Part shown: piece by piece, positions 1-9,745 of the stretch | How positions within the stretch are numbered: position 1 is the first letter of the stretch | How the letters are laid out: each line of letters opens with the position of its first letter | From: Azolla caroliniana | Lineage: Eukaryota; Plantae; Polypodiophyta | Assembly: GCA_043228905.1 (NCBI GenBank) | Contig: JBHGNT010000008.1 | Location: forward strand, 18,972,001-19,036,000 | Length of the DNA: 64,000 nucleotides | Direction of reading: 5' to 3' | Position numbers and translations under genes: made by a program | Notes under the pieces: generated by a model | What the model saw: only the letters and a program-made list of their open reading frames with translations | Database searches by the model: none | Told to the model about the DNA's origin: nothing

Positions 1-314
1 GCTTATGTCATGCACAAACCATGGGTTTAAAACCATGGTTTTGTGCACATGGTTTTCTATGGTTGTTTCATCTATAATTTGTATATGAAAAGGAAATACA
101 TAAAATCTACACTATATGATAGTTGTCCTAGTGGTAAGGCAATTATCTTGTATCTTAGAGGTACAAGGTTCAAACCTTGCTTGCACCCCTCTGTATGAAC
201 TCAAGTGCCACTAGGCCTTAGGAGGCTTATTTGCTAAGTGTATGTTCAATGTTGCACATCCTTGGTTTATTCGTCTCACTCGCTTTCACACCGTAGCCGA
301 CAATCGTCACGACA
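1..314 (-). repeat. 3' LTR of element A (partial)
   Basis: Direct repeat of 2304-2617, ends ...tcacgaca, next to the PPT (minus strand ggtaggggtgga). Confidence 0.92.
118..190 (+). promoter_or_regulatory. tRNA-like Pol III A/B-box module in LTR A
   Basis: A-box-like TGTCCTAGTGG (124-134), then a T-arm-like caagg-TTCAAA-ccttg at tRNA spacing. Confidence 0.6.
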
Positions 315-390
315 TCCACCCCTACCAAACCCGCACATCCTCCGGTATGTGCCGAGAAAGGTGAAGAGGTGAGATCTTTGGCAACGATGA

Positions 391-1155
391 TCAACCGAGT
401 TCCTCTGCACGCTCGTCAACCTCGTCTGACTTCGTCTTCCACTTCGAGTATGCGCAATCTTTCCAACCGAACCACCGTAGCCACCCGATCCACCATATCC
501 GGCGCTCACACCTTCTTCCCCGATCGGTTGTAGTAGATCTACTGAACGATGTCGTCGATCCGACTGCTCTTCCTTCGTCCACCGTGTGTGTCCTTCGATT
601 GGACTCCTGGCCACTCCTCACGCTCACCGTCTTCAACTGGGTGTTGTGGATCGTTCGTGTCGATCTCTGATTATGCCATGTTTGCCCTTGTCCAGATCGG
701 TCTCCGCCGATTGCTTCTTGGCTCGGTTGGCCTTCGTTTGCATTCGCATTTCGCCGAGTTGGGCTCGACCGATTGATTTTGGCCGGGTCGGCCCCCTTTT
801 GGATTGGGATTGTCCGATCAATTTCGGCCGAATCAGGTTTCGGCCGGGTCGGCCCCGGTCGATCGGCTCCCATGTGGATCTTCCTTCGTTCGGGCCGGAA
901 TCCTGGCCGGATTGTCTTCCGGTTCGACCGGTTCTCGCCTCTTCCTTCCTTCCCGCATGACGCCTCTCCATCGAACTTAATCGCGGCTTCATCCTTGGCC
1001 TCCTCGTCGGCCATATCCTTCCCTCCATGTATGCTCACCTCGAGCCATATTGTCTCCTCTCCGCCACCTCCTTTATCTTCGGTCTTATGTCGACACATGG
1101 TCTCGACTGCCGAAGTCTTCGGAACCAGTGTGAAGGAATTCCTTCGTTCATGCAC
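391..1155 (-). CDS. Low-complexity basic ORF in the element A internal region, function unknown
   Basis: 254-aa ORF in element sense, no recognisable domain; may be non-coding repeat-rich DNA. Confidence 0.25.
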   Translation of the reverse strand: MHERRNSFTLVPKTSAVETMCRHKTEDKGGGGEETIWLEVSIHGGKDMADEEAKDEAAIKFDGEASCGKEGRGENRSNRKTIRPGFRPERRKIHMGADRPGPTRPKPDSAEIDRTIPIQKGADPAKINRSSPTRRNANANEGQPSQEAIGGDRSGQGQTWHNQRSTRTIHNTQLKTVSVRSGQESNRRTHTVDEGRAVGSTTSFSRSTTTDRGRRCERRIWWIGWLRWFGWKDCAYSKWKTKSDEVDERAEELG

Positions 1156-1171
1156 ATTTACCTTGTCTTCC

Positions 1172-1927
1172 TCATCGCCCTTCCGGTCTTCCGCTTTTCA
1201 TTCGCCTCGGTTTTGTCTCCCTTTTAAGCTTTATTTCTTTTGTTGGTGGCGCGTTGCTACATCTCGCCCCTCTTCGATCGTCCCTCATGGGCCGTCTTGT
1301 TGTCGTTGATATTCTTGCTCGCCCCTTATCGTGTAGTCGGCATACACTTTCCACTTTGCTCCAATCCTCGATGAGGCCATTTGCACCATCATCTTCTTCA
1401 AGTTTGAGGCCGATAGACATCCTTTCCATTCGATCGATTGACTTCATGAACATAAGGACCTTATCGACGCCCACTATTCTTTGTTCCCGCTCCGAGAGTT
1501 GAGAAAAATGATGCTCGAAGTCTACGAATGCTTGTGTCGCGCCTTGGTGGGTCTTCGCTGATGTCACCCATTGGTCGAAGTTGCGTCGATCTCGTCCCTT
1601 CAGTCTCTCATAGCCATATTCCTCCAATAGAGCCTTCTCGAAAGTCTCCCACGAATCATGAGCTTCTAGAAGCTCTTTTACATCTTTGAAGATCGATTGA
1701 GACACCACCCGACAAAAGTACTCCAGCCTCATAGCTTCGTGCACACCTCTTGAATCCATCTTCGCATTGTAGACTTTTAGAAAACTTTGGACTTCAGCGT
1801 CGTCGAAATAGCTCACTTGCTCGACTACCCTATCGACGGCTTGTTGGGCTTCATTTCGTCTTTTCCCTTCTCTCAGAAACTCCATCATCCTTTTTGACAT
1901 TGCCTCCATGAGATATTCGCCATCCAT
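1172..1927 (-). CDS. gag: Truncated Gag (N-terminal/capsid part), homologous to G-family Gag
   Basis: Aligns by eye with G-family Gag (RL..F.RV, SWE.FE..LLE.YG, VL.F.KS.D, LE.DDG..DW..V..VC); starts just after the PBS. Confidence 0.8.
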   Translation of the reverse strand: MDGEYLMEAMSKRMMEFLREGKRRNEAQQAVDRVVEQVSYFDDAEVQSFLKVYNAKMDSRGVHEAMRLEYFCRVVSQSIFKDVKELLEAHDSWETFEKALLEEYGYERLKGRDRRNFDQWVTSAKTHQGATQAFVDFEHHFSQLSEREQRIVGVDKVLMFMKSIDRMERMSIGLKLEEDDGANGLIEDWSKVESVCRLHDKGRARISTTTRRPMRDDRRGARCSNAPPTKEIKLKRETKPRRMKSGRPEGR

Positions 1928-1948
1928 CTTCGTCCTCCCCTACTGCTC

Positions 1949-1966
1949 TTCACGTCGGGTTCACCA
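1949..1966 (-). other. PBS complementary to the tRNA-Trp 3' end
   Basis: Minus strand TGGTGAACCCGACGTGAA, 5 nt after the LTR; matches the eukaryotic tRNA-Trp 3' end ...TTCACGTCGGGTTCACCA as recalled. Confidence 0.85.
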
Positions 1967-1971
1967 AATGA

Positions 1972-2617
1972 TGTCGCGAAGATTCGCGCGTGCGTGTGCT
2001 ACTCGAGCGACCACCGGGGTCTTGGACTGGGGAGGATGTTCGCAGAATTATCGAAGAGATGACGATCAATGTAAGATTAGATGAAATTTGTTCACTTGAG
2101 AAGAAGAAAGATTGTACACTTGAGAAGTAGAAAAATATGAAGAAGATAAAGACAAATATAATTATATTGATGATAATGGTGTTGGTGATATCACATATTG
2201 AGCCCCCTTACACAAGCTCAACTAGAGGCTTTTATAGGTCTTTCCATGCTTGTGACATGCACAAAACCATGGGCTAAAACCATGGTTTTGTGCACACGGT
2301 TTTGCTTATGTCATGCACAAACCATGGGTTTAAAACCATGGTTTTGTGCACATGGTTTTCTATGGTTGTTTCGTCTATAATTTGTATATGAAAAGGAAAT
2401 ACATAAAATCTACACTATATGATAGTTGTCCTAGTGGTAAGGCAATTATCTTGTATCTTAGAGGTGCAAGGTTCAAACCTTGCTTGCACCCCTCTGTATG
2501 AACTCAAGTGCCACTAGGCCTTAGGAGGCTTATTTGCTAAGTGTATGTGCAATGTTGCACATCCTTGGTTTATTCGCCTCACTCGCTTTCACACCGTAGC
2601 CGAAAATCGTCACGACA
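1972..2617 (-). repeat. 5' LTR of element A (646 bp)
   Basis: TG...CA with terminal inverted repeat; PBS adjacent. Confidence 0.92.
2421..2492 (+). promoter_or_regulatory. tRNA-like Pol III A/B-box module in LTR A (antisense to element)
   Basis: TGTCCTAGTGGTAAGG (2427) ... GCAAGG-TTCAAA-CCTTGC stem-loop (2466-2483). Confidence 0.6.
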
Positions 2618-2926
2618 ACGTTTCTGACAATGTTTTCCAAAGTTCAAAAGCTGTCGTGCATGATTGCACTATGAAGTACACTGACTCCGACAAGTGCATC
2701 CGAATCGTGGCATGGACAATTCTGTCCAGCTTTAGCCACTCATTTGCCTTGTATGCTTCTGGAGGATTTTCATTCTCAATCGGGTCTATCTGACCCTTGA
2801 CTATGAGATAATCCTGCATTCGTTCCTTCCAGAAGTTGAAGTTCGAACCGTCGAACCTCCTTAGACTCATCTCCGATGAGCCGGATGTTGATGCCATTTG
2901 CTTCGGTTTCGGTTGGTAAGACTCCG
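2618..2926 (-). mobile_element. Copia C1 fragment: 5' gag and leader, interrupted by A (left) and D (right)
   Basis: MASTSGSSEMSLRRFDGSNFNFWK is nearly identical to the C2 Gag N-terminus; leader continues at 22031. Confidence 0.88.
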
Positions 2927-3302
2927 TGTAAAGAATCTAGAGATGGATTCTTGTGAAGTGAAAGAGATGTGAGTTATGTGTGTGTGTAAGAGATAGAGAT
3001 AGAGAGACACAGAGTATACGCAAGGTTAAAAGTATATTGACAAAGGAGAAAGACTCAACATTATACAAGGTGGGAGGAGGGTGCTTTATGTTGTGACCCT
3101 CTCTCTTCATTAACTACAAGGCTCATGGAGCATGGGGAATGTGAAAGCTCATAAGTTATGTGTCATAGAATATGATTCTATGACTCATACTAAATGGTAG
3201 AATACAAAGTGGTGACATAATGGTGACTCTTGACCGTTGAGGTGTGTCTTCACTCTCAAGGTGAGTTCACACGCTAGACCAAGTTGAGCTTGATTCTCAA
3301 CA
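2927..3302 (-). repeat. 3' LTR of Copia D
   Basis: tgtaaag...ctcaaca, matches 21655-22030. Confidence 0.93.
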
Positions 3303-3540
3303 CGCCCTCTCAAGCTCAAGTCAGGTCGGTTTCAGACGGTATCCAAAATCCGCTTCAATTCACGTTCGGGAGTCCGCGTCGACTCGCGTCGACTCGCTTT
3401 ATGCAGAGTTGTGAAATCTGTGCTCCAGCTTGCGTTGTGCGTAGTTACGAAGTCTGTGCTTCGGCTTGCATCTTTCTTCGTGGCTTTGCGCGGTAGATCA
3501 ACTCTTTGCGGCTACAGTGTGTGGTTGTAGAATCTACGCG

Positions 3541-6500
3541 TTATTGTGTAGTGTCTTCAGTACTCCCCCTCAAGCTTGGCAGATCAGGGATCGTCAATCC
3601 GAGATCGGTCATGAATTGCCATAGCTTGTCGGCTCCTAAGGCTTTAGTGAAGATGTCGGCCGTTTGTAGATTGGTGCTTATGTGTTGTAGGTCGACATCG
3701 CCAGCCAGAACGCGCTCTCGGATGAAGTGATAGTGCACTTCGATGTGCTTTGTCCTCGCATGGAACACCGAGTTCCGAGCCAGATAGATACTACTCATGT
3801 TGTCGCAGTAAAGGGAAGTCGGATCCTTGATGGGTACGCCCAAATCCTTCAAAATCCTCTTGAGCCATACAGCTTCACACGCAGCTACGGCTGCGCCCTT
3901 GTATTCCGCCTCCGTACTCGAAAGAGCGACGGTGGGCTGCTTCTTGCTACTCCAGGATATTGCTCCGCTGCCAAGGGAGAAAACAAATCCGGAGGTTGAT
4001 CTTCTATCCGCTTTGTAGCCGGCCCACTCGGCATCTGTGTACCCCTCGAGTCGTATTGGCATCGCGGTCCTGTAGAGGATGCCGCAATCCATTGTGCCAC
4101 TCACGTACCGTAGAACTCGCTTAGCGCAATCCAAGTGAGTGTCACGCGGTGTTTGCATGAATTGTCTAAGGAGACCGACCGGATAACTGAGATCGGGTCG
4201 AGTGATCGTGAGGTAGATGAGACTCCCGATGAGTTGCCGATACTGAGTCGGCTCACACGCTTTGGTGCCGGAGTTCGCATCCAGTTTGAGATTACGATCG
4301 AGCGGGGTTGCCACGGATTTGCACTCAGCCATCCCGGACTTGTATAACAAGTTGAGGATGTAGTGCCGTTGAGAGATCATGATTCCGGCTGGAGTCCGAA
4401 TTACCTTGATGCCGAGGAAGTAGTGGAGCTCCTTCATGTCCGTCATCTCGAACTTGTCGGAAAGGAGGGATTTGACCTTATTGATTTTGACGAGATGCTC
4501 ACCTCCAATGACTAGGTCATCCACATATAAAATGATGACGATCGGACTTGCGGAATTGCTTCGTATGTAGAGGGAGTTGTCTGATTTTGACATACGGAAG
4601 CCAATTTGATGAAGATATTGCGTTATCTTCGAATGCCAAGCATGCGGTGCTTGCTTGAGGCCGTAGAGTGGCTTCTTGAGTCGGCATACAACTTTCGGAT
4701 GGGTGCTCGAGTTGAAGCCGGGTGGTTGTATCATGTACACCTCCTCTTCTAATTCACCTTGTAGAAAGGCGTTCTTGACGTCCATTTGATGGAGGTGCCA
4801 CCCTTTCGCCGCGGCAAGCGCAATTACGGTCCACACCGTTGTCATCTTTGCCACCGGGGCAAAGGTCTCTTCGTAGTCGACGCCATGCGTTTGAGCGTAT
4901 CCTTTCGCTACGAGTCGAGCTTTGTAGCGGTTTACGGAGCCATCGGCATTATACTTCACCTTGTAGATCCATCTGCATCCGATCGCCTTTTTGTGTGGTG
5001 AGGTGGGAACGAGATCCCACGTCTCGTTCTTCCGTAGTGCCTGCATCTCCTCGTTCATTGCTTCGATCCATCGCGGGTCCTTTGCGGCTTCCGAAAAGGT
5101 TTCCGGCTCCCATACTGTCGCTACCTTCATCATAAAGGCATAATGGTACGCCATATAATCGTTGTAGCCGAATCGGCTTACGGGCTTCTTTTCACGGGTG
5201 GATCGGCGGAGTTTTTCATTTGCAGAGATGAGGGCTTTCTTAGCTCCGATTGGTACCTCGAAACCGCCAAACTCACTATCGAGTGAGTGAGTCGATTCAT
5301 CGTCGTCGAAGCGATCGTCTTCATATTCCGCCATTTTTGCCTTGCCTTTGTCCATCTTCGGGCTAGTCCGTGATGTGCTTTGATCGCTCAAAGGCTCTTG
5401 TGGTCCGCTCAGTCGGGTCGTGATCGGACTTTCTTCGAACATGCGCGTAAGGTGATCTTCATCCTCTACCTCTTGTTCGGTGGATTCCGGGTCGAGCGGG
5501 GTCGGAGTCGAAGTTGTCTTTGGTGCATACCAGGATGCGGACTCGTCAAAGACGACGTCTCGACTTACCCAAGATTTTCGAGTTGAGGGGTTGTAGCACT
5601 TGTACCCCTTTTGCTCCAGTGAGTATCCTACGGGGATACATTTCTCCAACTTCGGGTCGAGCTTTTGACGCTTCTCATCGGGGATGTGCACGTACGCAAT
5701 GGAGCCGAATATCCGAACATGTGATAGGTTTGGCTTCTTTCCGAAGAATCTTTCGTGCGGAGTGACCTCGTGCACGCTAGATGTTGTGCACCGGTTAATT
5801 AGGTAGATGGCCGTATTTGCCGCTTCGGCCCAATATGACTTGGGCATATGCTTCTCGTTCATCATGGCCCGCGCTATTTCGAGGATGTGCCGATTTTTGC
5901 GCTCGGCTACTCCGTTTTGTTGCGGAGTGTGTCGGCAAGTGAATTCTCGCCGAATTCCTTCCTTTCGGAGATACGTCGTGAAATCGTTCGAGAAGTACTC
6001 CTTGCCGCCATCCGATCGAAGGCATCATACATGTCGGCCCGTGGCTTTCTCGACTTCATTCTTGAAATTTTGGAAGTGTCCGAACACTTCGCTCTTTTGC
6101 CGCATCGGGTAGATCCAAGTGTGCCTAGAAAAGTCGTCGATGAAGAGCACGTAATATCGGCATCCGCCGAATGTCGCCGTTTGAGCCGGACCCCATACAT
6201 CGGAATGAATTACGTTGAGTACGCCTTTGCTCACATTCCACTCCTTCGGAAATGGGTGTCGGTGTTGCTTGCCGAATTGGCACGCTTCGCATACATCTTC
6301 AATCTCCTTCTCTTTGAATGTCGGGAGTCCGATGACGACTCCTTTCGATTTCATTGCTTTGAGTTTGTTGAGATTGATGTGGCCGATTCGCTTATGCCAT
6401 AGCTCTATTTCGGAGTTGGCTTTCGTGTTTTTTGCGAACATGGCGGATTTCATCTCGCGTGAATCGAGAATGAACATCCGGCCCTCTCTTCGTTCGCGTG

Positions 6501-7927
6501 TGATGAGTCGGCCCTCTTTTTCGATGAAGCAACCACCTTGATTAAATTGAACTTGCATCCCTTGCTCTACAATTTGGCCGATGGAGACCAAATTTTTCGT
6601 AATGGTCGGTACATGCAAGACATTTTTAATGTAATTTTGCTTACCTTCTTTTCCAAACGGAACATTGCCAATGTGCCGAATCGGGTGCGTAGTGTCGTTT
6701 CCGGTTTCGACATAGCCGGGTCGGTCCGGCTCTCGAAGTTCTCGGAACCATTCTTGATGCGATGTCATATGGTTCGAGGCACCGGAATCGACGAACCATA
6801 CGTCTTCCGGACCGGAGGCACTAGTTGAGGTAGCGGCCGACATAGAGTTTGCTCTATGTTTCATCATGAACATTCCGCCACGGTCGGGGTTGTGCGCATT
6901 CTTTCCGCCACGATTTTCGTAGTCGGAGTTGTGCCCGTACATTCCACCACGGTCGGAGTTGTGTGCATACATTCCGCCACGATCTTCGTAGTTGGAGTTA
7001 TGCCCGTACATTCCGCTATACTCTTCGTAGTCGGAATTGTGCGCGTAATTCGTGAGTTGTCGGCTTGTGGAAGCCGATTCACGCATCTTCTTTCGGCACT
7101 CTTCTTCGTGATGGCCGAGCTTTCCGCAATATCCGCATTCGGTTGCGTTTTGACGGCTCGGGCCGTAGTGGAAGCTCCCCCTTCTTGCGAAGGTTCCTCG
7201 TTGGCCTCCGTTTTGCGGCTGAAATTGGGAGTTGTTGTCGTAGGTCGGACCTCGTCCGCCTTGTCCTAGGCCGATTCGGCCTCTCGCTCGTCCGCGTTTG
7301 CTTCCTCCATTAGAGTGCGTGTAGAGCATGTGGCCTTCCAACTCATTGCTCCTTGTACGCACGTGGTTTTCTTCGACCAATAGCATTGATTGGAGCTCGA
7401 AGAAGGAGGGAGATTTCTCCCGTGCTAGAACGGCGGTTCGCATCGCGCCGAACCGTGGTGCGAGGCCACCGAGGCATATTTGCACCATCTCATCATCATC
7501 TATACGTATGCTTATTGAGCCGAGTGAGTCGCAAAGCTCCTTGATCTTCAAGGTGTATCGTGATGGACATGTCCCTTTCTTGAATGTTGTTCAACTCTTG
7601 GCAGAGTTGAAGCTTCCTCGCGGTCGTGTTGGCGGCGAAAATCTTTCGTAGATTTTCCCACGCTTCCTTCGGCGTCTTGGCTTTGCGAATGTAGCCGAGC
7701 ATGTGATCATGAACACACGTCGCCAAGCAATACATCACGCGGCTTGCGGCTTGCTCCCATGTCACGTATCCGGGAGCCGCTTCGGCGGGTCGGTCTTCAT
7801 GCGCTCCTTTGATGTAGCTCCAATAGCCTTGTCTGACAAGGTATTGGTGCATCTTGTACTCCCAAGATGCGAAGTTGTTTTGATCCAACTTCTCGGTAGG
7901 GAGAGCGCTCCCCATTTGAGTATTCAT
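3541..7927 (-). pseudogene. gag-pol: Copia D gag-pol (Gag, Zn knuckle, PR, GAG-pre-integrase, IN, RT, RNase H)
   Basis: CGYCGKLGHHEEEC, WFVDSGASNH, LWHKRIGH, HSDVWGP, QMDVKNAFL, LYVDDL, YCDN...RTKHIEVHYH; one frameshift near 7555 and an in-frame TGA at 6025-6027. Confidence 0.95.
6870..7046 (-). repeat. Five in-frame 30-39 bp tandem repeats in D gag
   Basis: Encodes YAHNSDYEEYSGM-YGHNSNYEDRGGM-YAHNSDRGGM-YGHNSDYENRGGK-NAHNPDRGGM. Confidence 0.85.
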
Positions 7928-7961
7928 TATGTCGATTCTTCTTCTCTCTTCGAATGCGAGC

Positions 7962-8380
7962 TGTTGTTCTCTGACCGGACAAGGCCTAACACAAGGTGTC
8001 ACAGAGACACTTCACCAAAGGGTGATTACGGCATAGGATTATGACTCAACGATTACACCGACTTAAGTAGGTTACACGATTAGAGCGCTTTTGTTAATTA
8101 CACGCGTAAGATATAACAGTAATTACAGAACGGAAATCAACACAGAAGTATAAACACCATACGCTCTATTAATTATCTGCTGCGATTACAATGGGGTCCG
8201 GGCCTTTAAATAGGTTTCCGGCCCGTAGTACAAAACGGTGCCTATCGCACCTATTCGGGATCCGTCCAGATCTGGAACGGCATACCGTTTCCAGTCCGTC
8301 CGTCCACACTATGCTTATTTACAACCATACTTAATTAATTCCTTCACTCCGTATTTTGGACTCCTTGCCGGCCGGTAACA
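7962..8380 (-). repeat. 3' LTR of Gypsy H1
   Basis: tgttgttc...ggtaaca, matches 21115-21533. Confidence 0.95.
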
Positions 8381-8382
8381 CA

Positions 8383-8420
8383 TGGCACGCCCGTGGGACA
8401 GTACCTTGTACGTCGAACCC
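8383..8420 (-). other. tRNA-3'-end-like sequence at the PPT position of H1
   Basis: Element sense GGGTTCGA-cgtacaaggtact-GTCCCACGGGCGTGCCA-tg-[LTR]; no purine tract next to the LTR. Confidence 0.7.
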
Positions 8421-8432
8421 TTCTCGGCCCCT

Positions 8433-9674
8433 TCATTGTTCACCCAAATTGTCCAAAATACTTTGTTCCAGAGTTTCCAATTGTTCTTCCGGTTGCGGTT
8501 GTTGCGGTTGAGTTGGGGGCGTTTCTTCCTTTTGCGGGTCCGAACGCTCCCCCGCTGTCCCGGCGGTCCTACTTCTTGACCGTCGTTGGAGGTGCTCTAC
8601 TGGCTCCTCCGTTTCCTCTTCCTGGGTAACGGCATGTATCTGTGCCGTCAAGGGTTCCGGTTCCTTCTGTCCCGGTCGCCGTATGGTTATCTTAACGGGT
8701 CGGACTGGTGACACCTCCTCCGGTTCTGGGAGCCGTTTCTTCCCTTTCGTCGCCTTCGACGCTAGCAGCTGCTGTCGTTTGGATGCGGGTTTCGAGGTGC
8801 TTCCTTCCGATAATCTTGGCCGCTTCTTTGGCTGGACGGTCTCGATCGGCGGCGCGAGCAATGTTATCCACTGAGCTACGGCATGCCACAGCTTCCGGCC
8901 CTCCTTGCCGTCCTTTCCTCGTACCGTGTCGATTGCCGCGCACAAACCGTCTGCAATCAACACCGGCCAATCCACCTTGATCCCTTCATAGGTGGCTATG
9001 ATCATCCCTGCCCGATTTTTTGGCATGACAGGGGGTCGGGGGTACACGTGGCCGTACTCATGGAGCACTCGAGCTATCTCCCTGAATAGCGGATCTTCGC
9101 CACACTGCGTTCGATAGCCTTTGCCGGCTAGAGAGTACTCACCGAAATATCGGATGAGTTGCTCCGAGGTTGGGTTATCGATCTGAAAAATACCTCCCTC
9201 CGGAAGGCCTGTTAGCGCACGGATCGCTTCCTCGGTGATGACTTCTGTGTCGAGCTCCTTGATGACCCGGTCGGCTTCTTTGTGCGGTGGTGCCTCCATG
9301 ATGGTCAAGAACCCATCCAGTCTGTGTTGCTTGAGCCATTTCCTGGCCGCTTCCGACAGCGTTTGTGGGTCCATGTCTGCTTCGAGGTCGAGGAAAGATG
9401 GCGAGGTAGAGTGGTGATGAGAGTGAGAGCGAGCGAGAGAGAGTTCCGAACGTGGGGGTTCTCTGAGTGCAGGTTCGCGTTTGCTAAGCTTCCACTGCCT
9501 TGGTGCTTCTGTGCTCCTTGGCTCGCGAAATGTAAAGGTCTCCATGCGTTCTGCTTTTTCTCTGTGCGTCTTGGCGCCTTTTTCGAGCATGCGCACGTCG
9601 TGTACCAATTTAGTATTAAGTAATGTGGCGGCTCTTAAATGCCCACTACGTACCTTTTCGCTCCTTGCTTTCAC
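8433..9674 (-). CDS. Extra 3' ORF of H1 (likely ATG at 9374); resembles Transposase_32/PMD-like accessory proteins of Athila/Tat elements
   Basis: Uninterrupted ORF between pol and the 3' LTR; ITEEAIRALTGLP and GIKVDWPVLI motifs, basic NLS-like acidic tail. Confidence 0.7.
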   Translation of the reverse strand: MKARSEKVRSGHLRAATLLNTKLVHDVRMLEKGAKTHREKAERMETFTFREPRSTEAPRQWKLSKREPALREPPRSELSLARSHSHHHSTSPSFLDLEADMDPQTLSEAARKWLKQHRLDGFLTIMEAPPHKEADRVIKELDTEVITEEAIRALTGLPEGGIFQIDNPTSEQLIRYFGEYSLAGKGYRTQCGEDPLFREIARVLHEYGHVYPRPPVMPKNRAGMIIATYEGIKVDWPVLIADGLCAAIDTVRGKDGKEGRKLWHAVAQWITLLAPPIETVQPKKRPRLSEGSTSKPASKRQQLLASKATKGKKRLPEPEEVSPVRPVKITIRRPGQKEPEPLTAQIHAVTQEEETEEPVEHLQRRSRSRTAGTAGERSDPQKEETPPTQPQQPQPEEQLETLEQSILDNLGEQ

Positions 9675-9745
9675 GTCCGTTCATACCTCGATTTTTAATG
9701 ATTTTTTTATTTTATTTTATTTTATTTTAATGACGGTATGTGATC

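Larger units (their letters stand above)
1..2617 (-). mobile_element. Element A: short non-autonomous Ty3/Gypsy-derived LTR element (gag-only, TRIM/LARD-like), tRNA-Trp-type PBS; left LTR runs off the window
   Basis: 1-314 repeats 2304-2617 (about 5 mismatches). Full LTR 1972-2617 has TGTCGCGA...TCACGACA ends, PBS at 1949-1966 and PPT at 315-326. The 1.66-kb internal region has no pol. Confidence 0.9.

Noticed and set aside
6870-7046. CRISPR-like repeat/spacer array (also 34421-34622 and 44545-44700)
   Set aside because: Degenerate tandem repeats without unique spacers, no cas genes, eukaryotic TE context.
7496-8002. 168-aa ORF starting at 8002
   Set aside because: Its start lies in the H1 LTR; the Copia D gag most likely begins at ATG 7927.
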